The position numbers and the translations under genes are program-made. Of a DNA stretch of 64,000 nt, positions 63,629-64,000 are shown piece after piece. The first letter of the stretch is position 1, and every line of letters begins with the position of its first letter. The notes below the pieces were generated by a model that worked only from the letters and a program-made list of their open reading frames with translations, made no database searches and had not been told where the DNA came from. Source of the stretch: Podarcis gaigeae (Eukaryota); the NCBI GenBank assembly GCA_964106915.2, contig OZ066924.1; one strand, given 5' to 3'.

Positions 63629-63881
63629 CATGGGTAGGCAACCTAAGGCCTGGGGGCCGGATGCGGCCCAATCGTCTTCTAAATCCGGCCCATGGACGGT
63701 CCAGGAAGCAGCGTGAATTTACATGAGTAGAATGTTTCCTTTTATTTAAAATGCATTTCTGGGTTAGTTGTAGGGCATAGGAATTTGTTCATCCCCCCCA
63801 AAAAAAAAATATAGTCCGGCCCCCTACAAGGTCTGAGGGACAGTGGACCGGCCCCCTGTTGAAAAAGTTTGCTGACCCCTG
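63629..63881. mobile_element. Non-autonomous hAT element (reverse copy of the 5815 family)
   Basis: CATGGGTAGGCAA...TTGCTGACCCCTG termini; TSD ttgtatt(g/t). Confidence 0.85.
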
Positions 63882-64000
63882 TTGTATTTTAATTTGTTGG
63901 AAGCCGCCCAGTGTGGCTGGGGGAACCCAGTCATTTGGGTGGTGTATAAATCATAAATCATATTATTATTATTATCCTTTTCTACAGGCAGCAACATTCA

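Overview
This is eukaryotic (vertebrate) DNA, most likely from a squamate and probably a lacertid lizard, inferred from Sauria-type SINEs and squamate-type hAT/Tc1-mariner MITEs. Two genes lie tail-to-tail. On the + strand are the last two coding exons and 3' UTR of HABP4 (RGG box, C-terminal DFPAL motif). On the - strand is a complete CDC14B dual-specificity phosphatase gene (CDS 60349 to 8431). I reconstructed it by hand: 14 canonical exons, all with GT-AG boundaries in consistent phase, about 507 aa, with an intact HCKAGLGRTG active site. The introns are dense with hAT and Tc1/mariner MITEs (many with clean target-site duplications, TSDs), Sauria and Squam3-like SINEs, and L2, CR1, Rex/Babar and L1-like LINE remnants. 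The most interesting signals are not visible in the ORF track. (1) CDC14B has swappable ends: a second CpG-island first exon lacking the basic N-terminus, a hydrophobic tail exon, a symmetric cassette exon and a NAGNAG acceptor. (2) A polyproline upstream ORF (uORF) has its stop overlapping the CDC14B start codon. (3) A roughly 150-bp-arm palindrome preserves a transposon excision footprint. (4) L1-like tails with fold-back 5' junctions flank both promoters. There is no prokaryotic system or CRISPR array, and I cannot support a claim of an entirely new gene. Comparisons with human or mouse proteins are from memory, not from a database search.
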